Positions 18,879 through 28,587 of a stretch of DNA of 56,751 nt are shown piece by piece; the stretch's first letter is position 1; the number at the start of each line of letters is the position of its first letter. The position numbers were made by a program, and so were the translations under genes. Origin of the DNA: a candidate division FCPU426 bacterium (lineage in GTDB: Bacteria; Oederibacteriota; Muellerivitia; Muellerivitales; Muellerivitaceae). The DNA lies in contig CAWHOE010000059.1 in the NCBI GenBank assembly GCA_963830915.1, positions 1 to 56,751 on the forward strand. The letters are read 5' to 3'. The notes under the pieces are model-generated. The model was not told the DNA's origin, ran no database searches, and was given only the letters and a program-made list of their open reading frames with translations.

Positions 18879-18922
18879 TTAGAGAGAAACCGAGATTTGG
18901 ACAATAGCGGGATGTTATGATA
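18879..18922 (+). repeat. 44-bp direct repeat, copy 2
   Basis: Matches 17300-17343 at 43 of 44 positions. Confidence 0.9.
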
Positions 18923-18945
18923 GGCGCTGATTTTTGAGGCACTAA

Positions 18946-19158
18946 CAGGCTGCTGAAAAAGAAAAAAGAGCTACAAAGCAGCCTGTCGACCCCAAAGATT
19001 CCGCAGGAATCGTGGGGTTACCGCAAATGTCGTCAGCTGACCCCCATTTTGACTATGGGATATTTTGATAACGGAAATGGGGACGTCCCCATGCCCTTTG
19101 AGGTTTTTCAAAGGAGCATGGGGGAAAAGTCCGTTTTAGGGACTTTTTCGGCAACATG
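18946..19158. mobile_element. 213-bp MITE with IS5/IS1182-like ends and CTAA target duplication
   Basis: CTAA|CAGGCTGCTGAAAAAG ... CTTTTTCGGCAACATG|CTAA; imperfect terminal inverted repeats, no ORF. Confidence 0.6.
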
Positions 19159-19171
19159 CTAAGGTAAGAAA

Positions 19172-19924
19172 ATGAAAAAACAAGATATCGCCAACATGAG
19201 GCGGGAATATAACAGCCCTAGTTCCGCCGAACTCAAGTCGGGATTCGCTCCCGTGGCCCTTTCCCGCCACTGGTATCAACAAGCCCTGCGGGTCGTTTCC
19301 GTCCTCCGCCACGAATACCGCCATGGACTGGTGGAAAACAAAGCCCCCTCGAACCCTTTTGAACTGTTCCGCCACTGGTTCCGGGAAGCGGTACGGGCCA
19401 AGCTATTGGACCCGAACGCCATGACCCTGGTGACCGTGACCAGCGCGAGGAAACCGGCCGTCCGGACGGTCCTATTGAAAGACTTCGATAGCCGAGGTTT
19501 TGTTTTCTATACCAATTATCAAAGCCAGAAGGGGAGGGAGCTTATCGGCCGGCCTTACGCCTGCCTTCTTTTTTATTGGCCGACCCTGGTGCGGCAAGTG
19601 CGGGTCGATGGGAAGGTCGAAAAGGTCCCCGCGAAAGAATCGGACGCTTATTTCCATTCCCGGCCCCGGGGAAGCCAGCTCTCGGCCTGGGCATCCGACC
19701 AAAGCAGGACCGTGCCCCACAGGGAACACCTGGAAAAGCGCATGGAATTGTTCGAAAAACGCTTCAAGGGAAAGCCGGTTCCCCGGCCTCCCCATTGGGG
19801 CGGGTTCCGTCTGGTGCCGGACAAGATGGAATTCTGGAATGGCAGGCCCAATCGTCTGCATGACCGTTTAAGATATATCAAAGTCACGAGTTCCCGCTGG
19901 CGTCGGGAACGTTTGGCGCCTTGA
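19172..19924 (+). CDS. pdxH: Pyridoxamine 5'-phosphate oxidase with duplicated N-terminal segment
   Basis: PNAMTL.T, RTVLLK, FYTNY.S.KG, RQVRV.G, YF.SRP.GSQ, RPPHWGG, RLHDR, WRRERLAP. Confidence 0.95.
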   Translation: MKKQDIANMRREYNSPSSAELKSGFAPVALSRHWYQQALRVVSVLRHEYRHGLVENKAPSNPFELFRHWFREAVRAKLLDPNAMTLVTVTSARKPAVRTVLLKDFDSRGFVFYTNYQSQKGRELIGRPYACLLFYWPTLVRQVRVDGKVEKVPAKESDAYFHSRPRGSQLSAWASDQSRTVPHREHLEKRMELFEKRFKGKPVPRPPHWGGFRLVPDKMEFWNGRPNRLHDRLRYIKVTSSRWRRERLAP

Positions 19925-19973
19925 TCCAAAACACCCTGCCCCGACTAGGGAAGGGAAAAGATGGGAAGTTGTA

Positions 19974-22541
19974 ATGGAACAGTCTCAAACCCGCAGTAAG
20001 GTCATGCAGACCGGGGGCATCCTTTTGACCCTGGTGCTCTTTTACGCCGCTCTCTGGGTCCTGCGCCGAGAGGTGAGGGCCAGTCATTACGATGATGTCC
20101 TGCGTTATCTCAAACAGATCCCCATCCGCTATTTCTTCATGGCCTTCCTCATGTCCATGGGCAGTTATATCGCGCTCACTTTTTATGACGTGCTCGGTAT
20201 CCGGCATGTCCAAAAGAAACTCTCCTACGCCCGTACCGCCCTGACGTCCTTCATCGCCTATAGTTTCAGCCATAATATCGGGATGGCCGCCATCACGGGC
20301 GGCGGGATCCGTTACCGGCTTTATTCCGCCTGGGGTCTGACCGCTGGGGAAACGGCCAATGTGCTGGTCATCTGCGGGATGACTTTCTGGGTGGGCTTCC
20401 TCACTATGGGAGCGGTGTTCTTTTTCCTGCAGCCGCCAGAGCTCCCGCCCTCCATCCATATCCCGTTCAACTCTGTATTTTCCGCGGGTGTTTTTTGCCT
20501 GATCGTCATCACGCTTTATCTATTGAGCAGTGTTTTTTTCAAGAAGACCTTCAGGATATCCCGTTGGTCTTTCCCCACGCCCTCGGTCGCCACGGCCCTT
20601 TCCCAAATGGGGGTCGGTTCGCTTGATTGGATATGCTCGGGAACGGCCCTTTATCTTCTGCTTCCGCCCAACTCGCTTTCGTTCCCGTCCTTCATGGCGA
20701 TCTACCTGCTGGCCCAGATCACCGGGTTCGCCAGCCAGGTGCCGGGGGGGTTGGGCATCCTGGAAACGGTCGTGGTGCTTTTGCTTTCCCCGATCCTGCC
20801 GGCTTCGGATGTCCTGGGAGCGTTGCTGGCCTTCCGCCTGGTCTATTACCTGGTGCCTTTCGTGCTGGGGCTCATCGCTTTCTCCATTTATGAGATCATC
20901 CGCAATAAGGAAGGTTTCAAGCGAGCCCTGCAGATCCTGAACCGTTGGGCCCCCGATTTCGCGCCCCATGTCTTTTCCGTCCTGCTTTTCCTCTGTGGGG
21001 CCATCCTTTTATATTCCAACGCCTCTCCTGAATCGACCCGGCGCATGACATGGCTCAACGAGTTCGTGTCCCTTCCTTTCTTGGAAGCTTCCCATTTCAC
21101 GGTGGGCCTGGTGGGAGCGGCGCTGCTGGTACTGGCCAGGGGATTGCAGCAGAGGTTGGAAGCGGCCTATATGTTGTCCCTCATCCTGCTGGGGGTGGGC
21201 GTGCTCACCTGTCTCTTCAAGGGATTCGATTATCAGGATGGTTTGGCCTTGCTGATCCTTTTCAGCGCCTTACTGCCTTGCAAAACCTACTTCCCCCGGA
21301 AATCCTCGATCTTCCAGCAGAAATATCCCCCGCTGTGGGTGACGGCCGTCCTTTTCGTCTGGCTGGGATCCATTTGGGTGGGCGTCTTCAATTACCGTTA
21401 TGAGGATTATTCCAACGATCTCTGGACTACCTTCGACCTGACCGAGGACGCGGCCAGGTTCCTGCGCTCCACCTTTGGCGCCACCCTCACCTTGTTCCTA
21501 TTTTCCATCATCAGTCTCTTCTCCCCCACCCAGCCTGAAACCGAGTTCCCGGATGAGAAGGAATTGACCAAGGCTTTGGAACCGATGAAGAACTCCCGGC
21601 GGACCTATCCTTTCCTGGCCTTACAAGGGGACAAAGCCCTTTTGTTCAACAAGAAAGAGGACGCCTTCCTGATGTACGCCCTGGAAGGTAAGTGCTGGAT
21701 CGCCCTGGGCGATCCGGTGGGACCGCAGAAGGAACGGGAAAACCTGGCCTTGAAGTTCAAGGACCTTTGCCGAAAGAAGAAGGCTTGGACCTTGTTCTAT
21801 CTGGTGGACCAGGAACATTTCCAGTTCTACCTGGATATGGGATTGACAGTCCTGAAGATAGGCGAGGAAGCCCGGGTGGCCCTGAAAAATTTCGGGACCG
21901 ACGCCCTGCCCTCGGCGGACCTGAAAAACACCTACCACCGCTTCAAGGACAACCAGGATTATGTTTTCGAGGTCCTGGAACCGGGCCAAGCCGCCGACCG
22001 GATGGAGGAACTCAAGAAAGTCTCGGAAGATTGGCTCAGCAAGAACAAGACCCGGGAAAAAGGTTTTTCGGTCGGCTTTTTCAAGCCCGAGTACCTGAAC
22101 CGATTCCACCTGGCGGTGGTGCGTCAGGAAGGGAAGATCATCGCCTTCGCGAACCTTCTGTTGGGCAACGCCAAGGAAGAAATGGCGGTGGACCTGCTGC
22201 GTTCCTCAGCGGGCGAGTTGACCTATATCGAGGACTATCTTTTGTTGGAATGCATGAGGTGGGGAAAAGAAAAAGGATATAAACATTTCAACCTGGGAAC
22301 GGCTTCCATCCTGGATGTGGAGGAAAGCCCCCTGGCGCCTTTGAAATCCAAGGTCGCGGAGGTTCTTTCGCCTTATTCCGGGGCTCAAAAACTCTACGAT
22401 GCCCGAAAGGATAAGGATCGGTTTAACCCCGAGTGGGAACCCAAATATCTCGCGGCTTCCGCCAACCTGCCTTTGCCGGTCGCTTTCTCCAATATCCAAT
22501 CCCTGATCGCCCGCGGGAACCGGGCCCATCTGAAGAAATGA
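19974..22541 (+). CDS. mprF: Bifunctional lysylphosphatidylglycerol flippase/synthetase
   Basis: Multi-TM N-terminal domain (RYRLYS.WG, VPGGLG..E) plus IALGDPVG, KIGEEA, EKGFS.G, K..F.P.W.P.YL. Confidence 0.9.
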   Translation: MEQSQTRSKVMQTGGILLTLVLFYAALWVLRREVRASHYDDVLRYLKQIPIRYFFMAFLMSMGSYIALTFYDVLGIRHVQKKLSYARTALTSFIAYSFSHNIGMAAITGGGIRYRLYSAWGLTAGETANVLVICGMTFWVGFLTMGAVFFFLQPPELPPSIHIPFNSVFSAGVFCLIVITLYLLSSVFFKKTFRISRWSFPTPSVATALSQMGVGSLDWICSGTALYLLLPPNSLSFPSFMAIYLLAQITGFASQVPGGLGILETVVVLLLSPILPASDVLGALLAFRLVYYLVPFVLGLIAFSIYEIIRNKEGFKRALQILNRWAPDFAPHVFSVLLFLCGAILLYSNASPESTRRMTWLNEFVSLPFLEASHFTVGLVGAALLVLARGLQQRLEAAYMLSLILLGVGVLTCLFKGFDYQDGLALLILFSALLPCKTYFPRKSSIFQQKYPPLWVTAVLFVWLGSIWVGVFNYRYEDYSNDLWTTFDLTEDAARFLRSTFGATLTLFLFSIISLFSPTQPETEFPDEKELTKALEPMKNSRRTYPFLALQGDKALLFNKKEDAFLMYALEGKCWIALGDPVGPQKERENLALKFKDLCRKKKAWTLFYLVDQEHFQFYLDMGLTVLKIGEEARVALKNFGTDALPSADLKNTYHRFKDNQDYVFEVLEPGQAADRMEELKKVSEDWLSKNKTREKGFSVGFFKPEYLNRFHLAVVRQEGKIIAFANLLLGNAKEEMAVDLLRSSAGELTYIEDYLLLECMRWGKEKGYKHFNLGTASILDVEESPLAPLKSKVAEVLSPYSGAQKLYDARKDKDRFNPEWEPKYLAASANLPLPVAFSNIQSLIARGNRAHLKK

Positions 22542-23134
22542 CCCTTCGCGCTTCCTCGGTCCTCCTGTTTTTCCTCACGGCCTTACTGATATCGGGTTGC
22601 GCCCCTTCCCTGAGGTCGCTAAGGGGGGAAAACACCGCCACACCGGAAGAAGCGATCCAAAACGCAGAGTATTATCTTAAGAATAAACCGAATTGGCGGA
22701 TCGATTGTTCCCATTTCGTTTTGGAATGCTACCATTCCCCGGGCTTAAGGGCTTTTCTCAACAAACGCAAGTACCACCACAATCTCACCTTTGACCTGAA
22801 TTATTTCCTGACCCAAGAGAAGTCCCGGCGTAAAAGGGCGGAGGACATCCAGCCGGGCGACATCCTCATCTTCAACAAGACCTACGACATCAATCATGAC
22901 GGACATATCGATGATAAGGATCTTTTTACCCATTGCGGACTTGTGGAGAGCTTCCAGGACTGGGTCGTGACCTATATCGACGCGTCCGAGGAAAGGAAAC
23001 CGCCTCGCATCCACAGAAGGAAATTCAGCTTTATGGGGACGAAATTCAATGAGACGGTGGCGACCGATCCGGCGACCGGCCATAAGATCCACGCGAGGGA
23101 CACTTTTTATGCCGCCTACGGTTTTCCAGAATGA
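22538..23134 (+). CDS. NlpC/P60- or CHAP-like lipoprotein
   Basis: Lipobox LISGC; IDCSHFV (catalytic Cys), QPGDILIF, THCGLV; ATG overlaps the mprF stop. Confidence 0.75.
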   Translation: MTLRASSVLLFFLTALLISGCAPSLRSLRGENTATPEEAIQNAEYYLKNKPNWRIDCSHFVLECYHSPGLRAFLNKRKYHHNLTFDLNYFLTQEKSRRKRAEDIQPGDILIFNKTYDINHDGHIDDKDLFTHCGLVESFQDWVVTYIDASEERKPPRIHRRKFSFMGTKFNETVATDPATGHKIHARDTFYAAYGFPE

Positions 23135-23199
23135 GAAATAATTACCACAGCGTGCTTTGCCGGAACCAAAATTTGAAAACTGCGGATGTCACCATGTTT

Positions 23200-23294
23200 C
23201 CCCCTCTGAAAGAGGGGGAATAAGGGGGAGTTAGATTTTTAGGGTTACCTCGGCAACGACGAATACCCCCCTACCCCCCTTTTTCAAAGGGGGG
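23200..23294 (+). repeat. REP-doublet (REPIN-like) element, copy 3
   Basis: Same arms as copy 1, including CGGCAACGAC.AATACCCCCC. Confidence 0.85.
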
Positions 23295-23532
23295 TACGAC
23301 TATCTTTACAGCAAGCCGCAGGTATGCGGCACGAGAATCTTCTCGCGATGAGAAGATTGTGCAGGTTAGGGATACAGAGGCGCAGATTAAAAAGGATTTT
23401 AAAGATGTTTGATTTTGGCTGTGCCTCTGTGCCGATTAACCATTATCAATTAAAGAAATCGGTACTATACCGACCTCATTTAAAATGTTTATAGAGGGTC
23501 GGCATGTGTCTCTGTGGTGAGAAAGGTTTTAA

Positions 23533-23562
23533 ATGTTCCATATAGTCCTCATTGAACCCGAG
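23533..23562 (+). repeat. Duplicate of the first 10 codons of trmL
   Basis: ATGTTCCATATAGTCCTCATTGAACCCGAG versus ATGTTCCATATAGTCCTCATTGAGCCTGAG at 23682. Confidence 0.9.
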
Positions 23563-23681
23563 CTACGCTGTCCCGTTTCATGTTTTATAAACAAAATAAA
23601 TGGAAACGGGACTATGCCGTCTCCTTTCCAAGAACCAATGGAGGACGGCATGGAATACCGGTACCAAGCTAAGAGGCGCGC

Positions 23682-24137
23682 ATGTTCCATATAGTCCTCA
23701 TTGAGCCTGAGATTCCCTGGAACACGGGCAACATCGGTAGGACTTGCCTTGGGGCTGGCGCCGAACTGCATCTGGTCGGAAGGCTCGGGTTCCACCTGGA
23801 CAATAAAGAGGTCCAAAGGGCCGGGTTGGATTATTGGGAAAGGGTCGTGCTTCATCGACACGAAACCTGGGAAAAGTTCCTGGAGACCCTTCCGCCCAAG
23901 GCGGCCCTCTTCTTTTTTTCCACGAAAGGAAAAAAGGTATTTTGGGACGCCGAATTTCCGCGGGAGGCTTACCTGGTTTTCGGCAAAGAAACAGCCGGGT
24001 TTCCCAAGAAGTTCTATGAAACCTATAAGGACCGGATGTACCGCATTCCCCAGAAGGATGAATCCATCCGCAGCCTGAACCTCTCGACATCGGTAGGGAT
24101 CGTTCTGTATGAGGCGGTGAGGCAGACAAAGGAATAA
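23682..24137 (+). CDS. trmL: tRNA (cytidine/uridine-34-2'-O)-methyltransferase
   Basis: EPEIPWNTGNIGRTC, RAGLDYW, LVFGKETAG, RSLNLS. Confidence 0.95.
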   Translation: MFHIVLIEPEIPWNTGNIGRTCLGAGAELHLVGRLGFHLDNKEVQRAGLDYWERVVLHRHETWEKFLETLPPKAALFFFSTKGKKVFWDAEFPREAYLVFGKETAGFPKKFYETYKDRMYRIPQKDESIRSLNLSTSVGIVLYEAVRQTKE

Positions 24138-24168
24138 GGGATATCACATCTGTTCAAAACAAAATTTT

Positions 24169-24260
24169 GCCACAGATACATGGGATTCATGAGATTTTAA
24201 AATCAACGTAATTTTAAACCTTTTTTTTCGCCTATCCTATGCATCCCATGAATCTGTGGC
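24169..24260. repeat. 27-bp imperfect inverted repeat (GCCACAGAT-type miniature element)
   Basis: GCCACAGATACATGGGATTCATGAGAT ... ATCCTATGCATCCCATGAATCTGTGGC, 23 of 27 complementary. Confidence 0.8.
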
Positions 24261-24391
24261 CAGTCTATGCTTTAGCTGTGCCTTTTTTTCTTAAACAAAA
24301 TAATTCTTGGGTTTGATCATCTTCGGCTTCTGGCTTACGTCTTTCTTGGACAGCAGTGAGGGATATATAAGGGATACCGGCGAATGTTTTC

Positions 24392-24421
24392 AAGGCCAGC
24401 CTTATGGGCTGGCCTTTTTTT
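24392..24421 (+). terminator. Rho-independent terminator-like hairpin
   Basis: AAGGCCAGCC TTATG GGCTGGCC followed by a T run. Confidence 0.7.
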
Positions 24422-24562
24422 ATTTCATCCTGACCGCTTGATTCCTCCAATCGCTTGAAGCAAGCTGGCGCCGTGGGGAAAAGAGTTTCATGCATATGCA
24501 CAAAGTAATTGCGATTTAATCAACCTCCGCAAATACTGACCGCCGAAGTTTATAAATTCGTA

Positions 24563-24656
24563 CCCCCATTTGAAAAAGGGGGGTAGGGGGGTATTAGTCG
24601 TTTCCGAGGTAATCCAAAAGGCTAACTCCCCCTTTTTCCCCCTCTTTCAGAGGGGG
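24563..24656 (-). repeat. REP-doublet (REPIN-like) element, copy 4 (reverse orientation)
   Basis: Reverse complement reads CCCCCTCTGAAAGAGGGGG..GGGGGAGTTAG..CGGAAACGACTAATACCCCCC..CCCCCCTTTTTCAAATGGGGG. Confidence 0.85.
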
Positions 24657-24722
24657 AGTAGTCGTAAATCCAATGAATTACCGATTCTTTGTACATAAGC
24701 GCGAAGAGTTTTCTGGTTTTTA

Positions 24723-26858
24723 TTGTTCTTGATCCTGTCCTTGGGAGGTTGGCGGTTGTCCCAACATAACGATGGCGCCTATACAGAAGCCGAAAAGGAT
24801 GGTCATCCATTCACCAATCGACTCATCCGGGAAAAAAGCCCTTATCTTCTCCAGCACGCCCACAATCCGGTGGATTGGTATCCCTGGGGAGAGGATGCTT
24901 TCCAGAAAGCCAAACGGGAGAACAAGCCCATCTTCATTTCCATCGGTTATTCCACCTGCCACTGGTGCCATGTGATGGAACGGGAGAGTTTTGAGAATGA
25001 AGTTATCGCCAAGCTGATGAACGAGGATTTTGTCTGCGTCAAGGTGGACCGGGAAGAAAGGCCGGATGTGGACCAGATCTACATGAACGCCGTCATGGCG
25101 CTCTCCGGCCAAGGCGGTTGGCCCCTGAACCTGTTCCTGACGCCTGATCTGAAGCCGTTCTATGGCGGGACCTATTTCTCCCCGGATGAGCGCTATGGCA
25201 GGCCCGGGTTCCCTTCCATCCTCATGGATGTGGCCAAGATATGGAAAACAAAACCCGAAGAGGTAGAAAAAGCGGGAAAGCAACTGGCCGATCTGGTGGC
25301 CCAGTCGCTAAGCCATTCATCCGCAGGTGATCTGAAAGAAACCTACATTCAGGAAGCCCTGAAGGGCTATCAGGAAATGTTCGATGAGCGTGACGGCGGA
25401 TTCGGCGGGGCGCCGAAGTTCCCTAGGGCCATGACCCTGGGATTCCTTTTGCGGGAATACCGAAAGACCCAGGACCCTGCCATATTGACGATAGTGACAG
25501 TGACCCTGGACAAGATGCTCCAGGGAGGCATCTACGATCAGGTGGGAGGAGGTTTCGCCCGTTATTCCACCGACGACCGTTGGTTGGTACCTCATTTTGA
25601 GAAGATGCTATACGACAACGCTCTTTTAGCCAGGGCTTACCTGGAAGGTTACCAAGTGACAGGGAATGGGGAATACGCCAGGGCGGCCAGGGAAATTTTC
25701 TCCTATCTATTGCGGGATATGACCGACAAGGAAGGCGGGTTTTACAGCGCCCAGGATGCCGATAGCGAGGGCGAGGAGGGGAAGTTCTACGTTTGGAAAC
25801 CGGCGGAATTGAAGGCGGTCCTGGGGGACAAGGATTCGTCGGCTTTCATCCAATTATATGGAGTAACGGAACGGGGAAATTTCGAGGGCAACGCCAATAT
25901 CCTCCATTTGAAAACCGACCTGCCCAAAGCGTTGAAAGATCTGGGCCGTGATGAGAAATGGTGGAGTGAGACAAAAGAAAAGATCCATCTCGCCAGGGAC
26001 CAAAGAGTTCATCCCCATCTGGACGACAAGATATTGACGGCCTGGAACGGCCTGATGATCTCTTCCCTAGCTTATGGTTACCAGGTCCTAGGCGAGCGGG
26101 AATATCTCAAAGCCGCCGAGAGGGCTTCGGCTTTCATACAGAAGAACCTCATCAAAAAAGGAAGGCTTATGGCCTCCTTTCGGCAAGGACCCAGCGAGGC
26201 GGAGGGGTTCATTGATGATTACGCTTTCTACCAAATGGCTCAACTGGACCTATTCGAGAGTACTTTCGACACAACCTATTTGAAGGAAGCCATTCGGCTG
26301 AGTGAGGAAATGATCCGACTATTCTGGGACAAGCAAGAAGGCGGCTTTTATTTCACCGGATCGGACCAGAAGGACCGGGAAAGACTCTTGGCGCGCCAGA
26401 AAGAAGCCTATGACGGGGCCATCCCTTCGGGCAACTCGATCGCGGCGCTCAATTTTTTCAGGCTCGCCGAGTTGACCGGGGATCAAAGGAACAAAGCGAT
26501 GGGGGAAGATATCCTCAGCGCTTTTTCAGGGCTCTTAGAGAAAAACGGGAGTAATTACCCGCAAATGTTGGAGGCTTATCAGTTCATCCTGGATGGGCCG
26601 GCGGAGATATTGTTGGTAGGCCCCAGGGAACATTCCGAAAAGACACTCCAACTCTTATGGAAGACATTCCTGCCCAATAAAGTATTGGTCTTCGCGGAAG
26701 ACGGTCAGTTGAAGGGACTAACCACTTTTATACCTTGGGTCGAAGGCCGGAATTCCCAGGACGGCAAACCGACCGTTTATTTCTGCCGGAATTACCAATG
26801 CCAGCTTCCCACGACGGATGAGAATAAAGTCCTAGAACTCATTTCGGCCAAAAAGTGA
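24723..26858 (+). CDS. Thioredoxin-domain protein YyaL/SPATA20 (DUF255)
   Basis: [51 protein letters not shown]. Confidence 0.95.
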   Translation: MFLILSLGGWRLSQHNDGAYTEAEKDGHPFTNRLIREKSPYLLQHAHNPVDWYPWGEDAFQKAKRENKPIFISIGYSTCHWCHVMERESFENEVIAKLMNEDFVCVKVDREERPDVDQIYMNAVMALSGQGGWPLNLFLTPDLKPFYGGTYFSPDERYGRPGFPSILMDVAKIWKTKPEEVEKAGKQLADLVAQSLSHSSAGDLKETYIQEALKGYQEMFDERDGGFGGAPKFPRAMTLGFLLREYRKTQDPAILTIVTVTLDKMLQGGIYDQVGGGFARYSTDDRWLVPHFEKMLYDNALLARAYLEGYQVTGNGEYARAAREIFSYLLRDMTDKEGGFYSAQDADSEGEEGKFYVWKPAELKAVLGDKDSSAFIQLYGVTERGNFEGNANILHLKTDLPKALKDLGRDEKWWSETKEKIHLARDQRVHPHLDDKILTAWNGLMISSLAYGYQVLGEREYLKAAERASAFIQKNLIKKGRLMASFRQGPSEAEGFIDDYAFYQMAQLDLFESTFDTTYLKEAIRLSEEMIRLFWDKQEGGFYFTGSDQKDRERLLARQKEAYDGAIPSGNSIAALNFFRLAELTGDQRNKAMGEDILSAFSGLLEKNGSNYPQMLEAYQFILDGPAEILLVGPREHSEKTLQLLWKTFLPNKVLVFAEDGQLKGLTTFIPWVEGRNSQDGKPTVYFCRNYQCQLPTTDENKVLELISAKK

Positions 26859-26935
26859 GATTTTGACGTTGCTTTTGACCTCCTTTTAATACAATATTTC
26901 CCGCCTGGTCAGAGTCCAATTTTTCTGGAGGAACT

Positions 26936-27829
26936 ATGTTCAAAAGTATTTGCTTAGGGATATTAACTTTGGGAGCGTTCCTGGTCGGTTCACTAGCTAG
27001 CGCGGGGGACGTCCAACCCACCCCAGACGCCACGCCCGCCGCCACCGCGGCGCCGGTCACGGATGTTTGGAACAAACAGGTCATCACTTCTTTGACCCTT
27101 AGTCAGGCTTCCTTCAACCAGTGGCAACAGGGCGGCACCAACTACATCTCCTGGCAGGGAGACCTGAACTGCAAATTGGAACACGACAACGCCTCCATCA
27201 ATTGGCTCAATAGCCTCAAGCTTGAATATGGGTTGACCTACTTGGCCGGACAAGGAACCCGTAAATCGGCTGATACGATGGACCTGGAAAGCGTCTATTC
27301 CTGGAAAAGCTGGCCCCAGATCAGTCCTTTCGTTTCCCTTTCAGCCAAATCCCAATTCGACGCGGGGTTCGATTACACCAAGACCCCGACGGTCCAGACT
27401 TCCGCTTTCCTGGACCCGGGATATTTCACCGAGAGCGCCGGGTTGAAATACACTCCAGACCCGGTTTTCGATACCAGGCTGGGTTTCGCCGTCAAGGAAA
27501 CGGTGGCCAGCCAGTTCGCGTCCATCTACACCTATAATCCCGATACCGGAACGACGTCGGATCTTCTGGTGGAGGAAGGCTTAAGTTCCGTTTCCGAACT
27601 GAATTGGAAAATAACGGCCGACTCCAAGTTCGCCTCCAAACTGGATATGTTCTGGGATGGAGAGGCTTTGGACCGTACGGTGGTGGAATGGGACAATCTT
27701 CTGACCGTCAGCCTGAACAAGATCATCAGTGTGAACGTGGAGAACGACTATCGGTACGACCAGAAGGTCTACGACGGATGGCAGATCAAGGAAACGTTGG
27801 GAATCGGCTTCGCCTATAATTTGCTTTGA
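26936..27829 (+). CDS. DUF3078/DUF481-like outer-membrane beta-barrel protein
   Basis: Signal peptide; SQASFNQWQQGG, LEYG, RKSAD, F.DPGY; C-terminal LGIGFAYNL beta-signal-like end. Confidence 0.75.
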   Translation: MFKSICLGILTLGAFLVGSLASAGDVQPTPDATPAATAAPVTDVWNKQVITSLTLSQASFNQWQQGGTNYISWQGDLNCKLEHDNASINWLNSLKLEYGLTYLAGQGTRKSADTMDLESVYSWKSWPQISPFVSLSAKSQFDAGFDYTKTPTVQTSAFLDPGYFTESAGLKYTPDPVFDTRLGFAVKETVASQFASIYTYNPDTGTTSDLLVEEGLSSVSELNWKITADSKFASKLDMFWDGEALDRTVVEWDNLLTVSLNKIISVNVENDYRYDQKVYDGWQIKETLGIGFAYNLL

Positions 27830-27875
27830 GAAATGATGGTTTGAATAATTATCGGGAATTAAAAGGAGATCCAAT

Positions 27876-28301
27876 ATGGGCATGATGAAAGAATTCAAGG
27901 AATTCGCCATGAAGGGCAATATGATCGACCTGGCGGTCGGTATCATCATTGGGGGGGCTTTCGGAAAGGTCGTCTCTTCCATCGTTGCCGATGTTCTGAT
28001 GCCGCCCTTGGGGTACCTCATTGGGGGGATCAATTTCACCGACATCAAGATCCACCTGAAGGCTCCCGCCATTAATCTGGCCGGGAAGGAATTACAGGAA
28101 GTCACGATCAATATTGGAAATTTCCTTCAGTCGCTAGTGGATTTCACCATCGTGGCCTTCGCGGTTTTCCTGATGATCAAGGGTATCAACGCCTTGAATC
28201 GCCGCGCCGCGGCTTCCAATGAGCCGCCCCCGCCCGCTCCTCCCACCAAGGAAGAGATACTCTTGACGGAGATCCGGGACCTTTTGAAGAAAAACGGATA
28301 A
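27876..28301 (+). CDS. mscL: Large-conductance mechanosensitive channel
   Basis: [40 protein letters not shown]. Confidence 0.97.
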   Translation: MGMMKEFKEFAMKGNMIDLAVGIIIGGAFGKVVSSIVADVLMPPLGYLIGGINFTDIKIHLKAPAINLAGKELQEVTINIGNFLQSLVDFTIVAFAVFLMIKGINALNRRAAASNEPPPPAPPTKEEILLTEIRDLLKKNG

Positions 28302-28587
28302 ACCAAAAAAACGGCAATTGAACCACCAAGTTCACCAAGGGCACCAAGAAAAACAAAGATAAAACCTAAATATGAGATTCACCCTTTTGGTAAACTGCGA
28401 AGCATTAGAAAATCCATGTGGTACAAAGCTTTTTGTGGTTTTAAAAATTTCAATACCCGGATTTAGGGTAAAGTAAAGAACAAGAGGCCCGAGAATGGTA
28501 TGCAGGTCCATTTTTCCCTGAGCTAAATCATAACAGCTCCACCCCTTCCGGTTGTAGAACATGACCGCACGCCACCGGAGGGATTGG

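Noticed and set aside
24265..24501. 78-aa minus-strand ORF
   Set aside because: No RBS or motif, spans a terminator hairpin and lies among repeat debris
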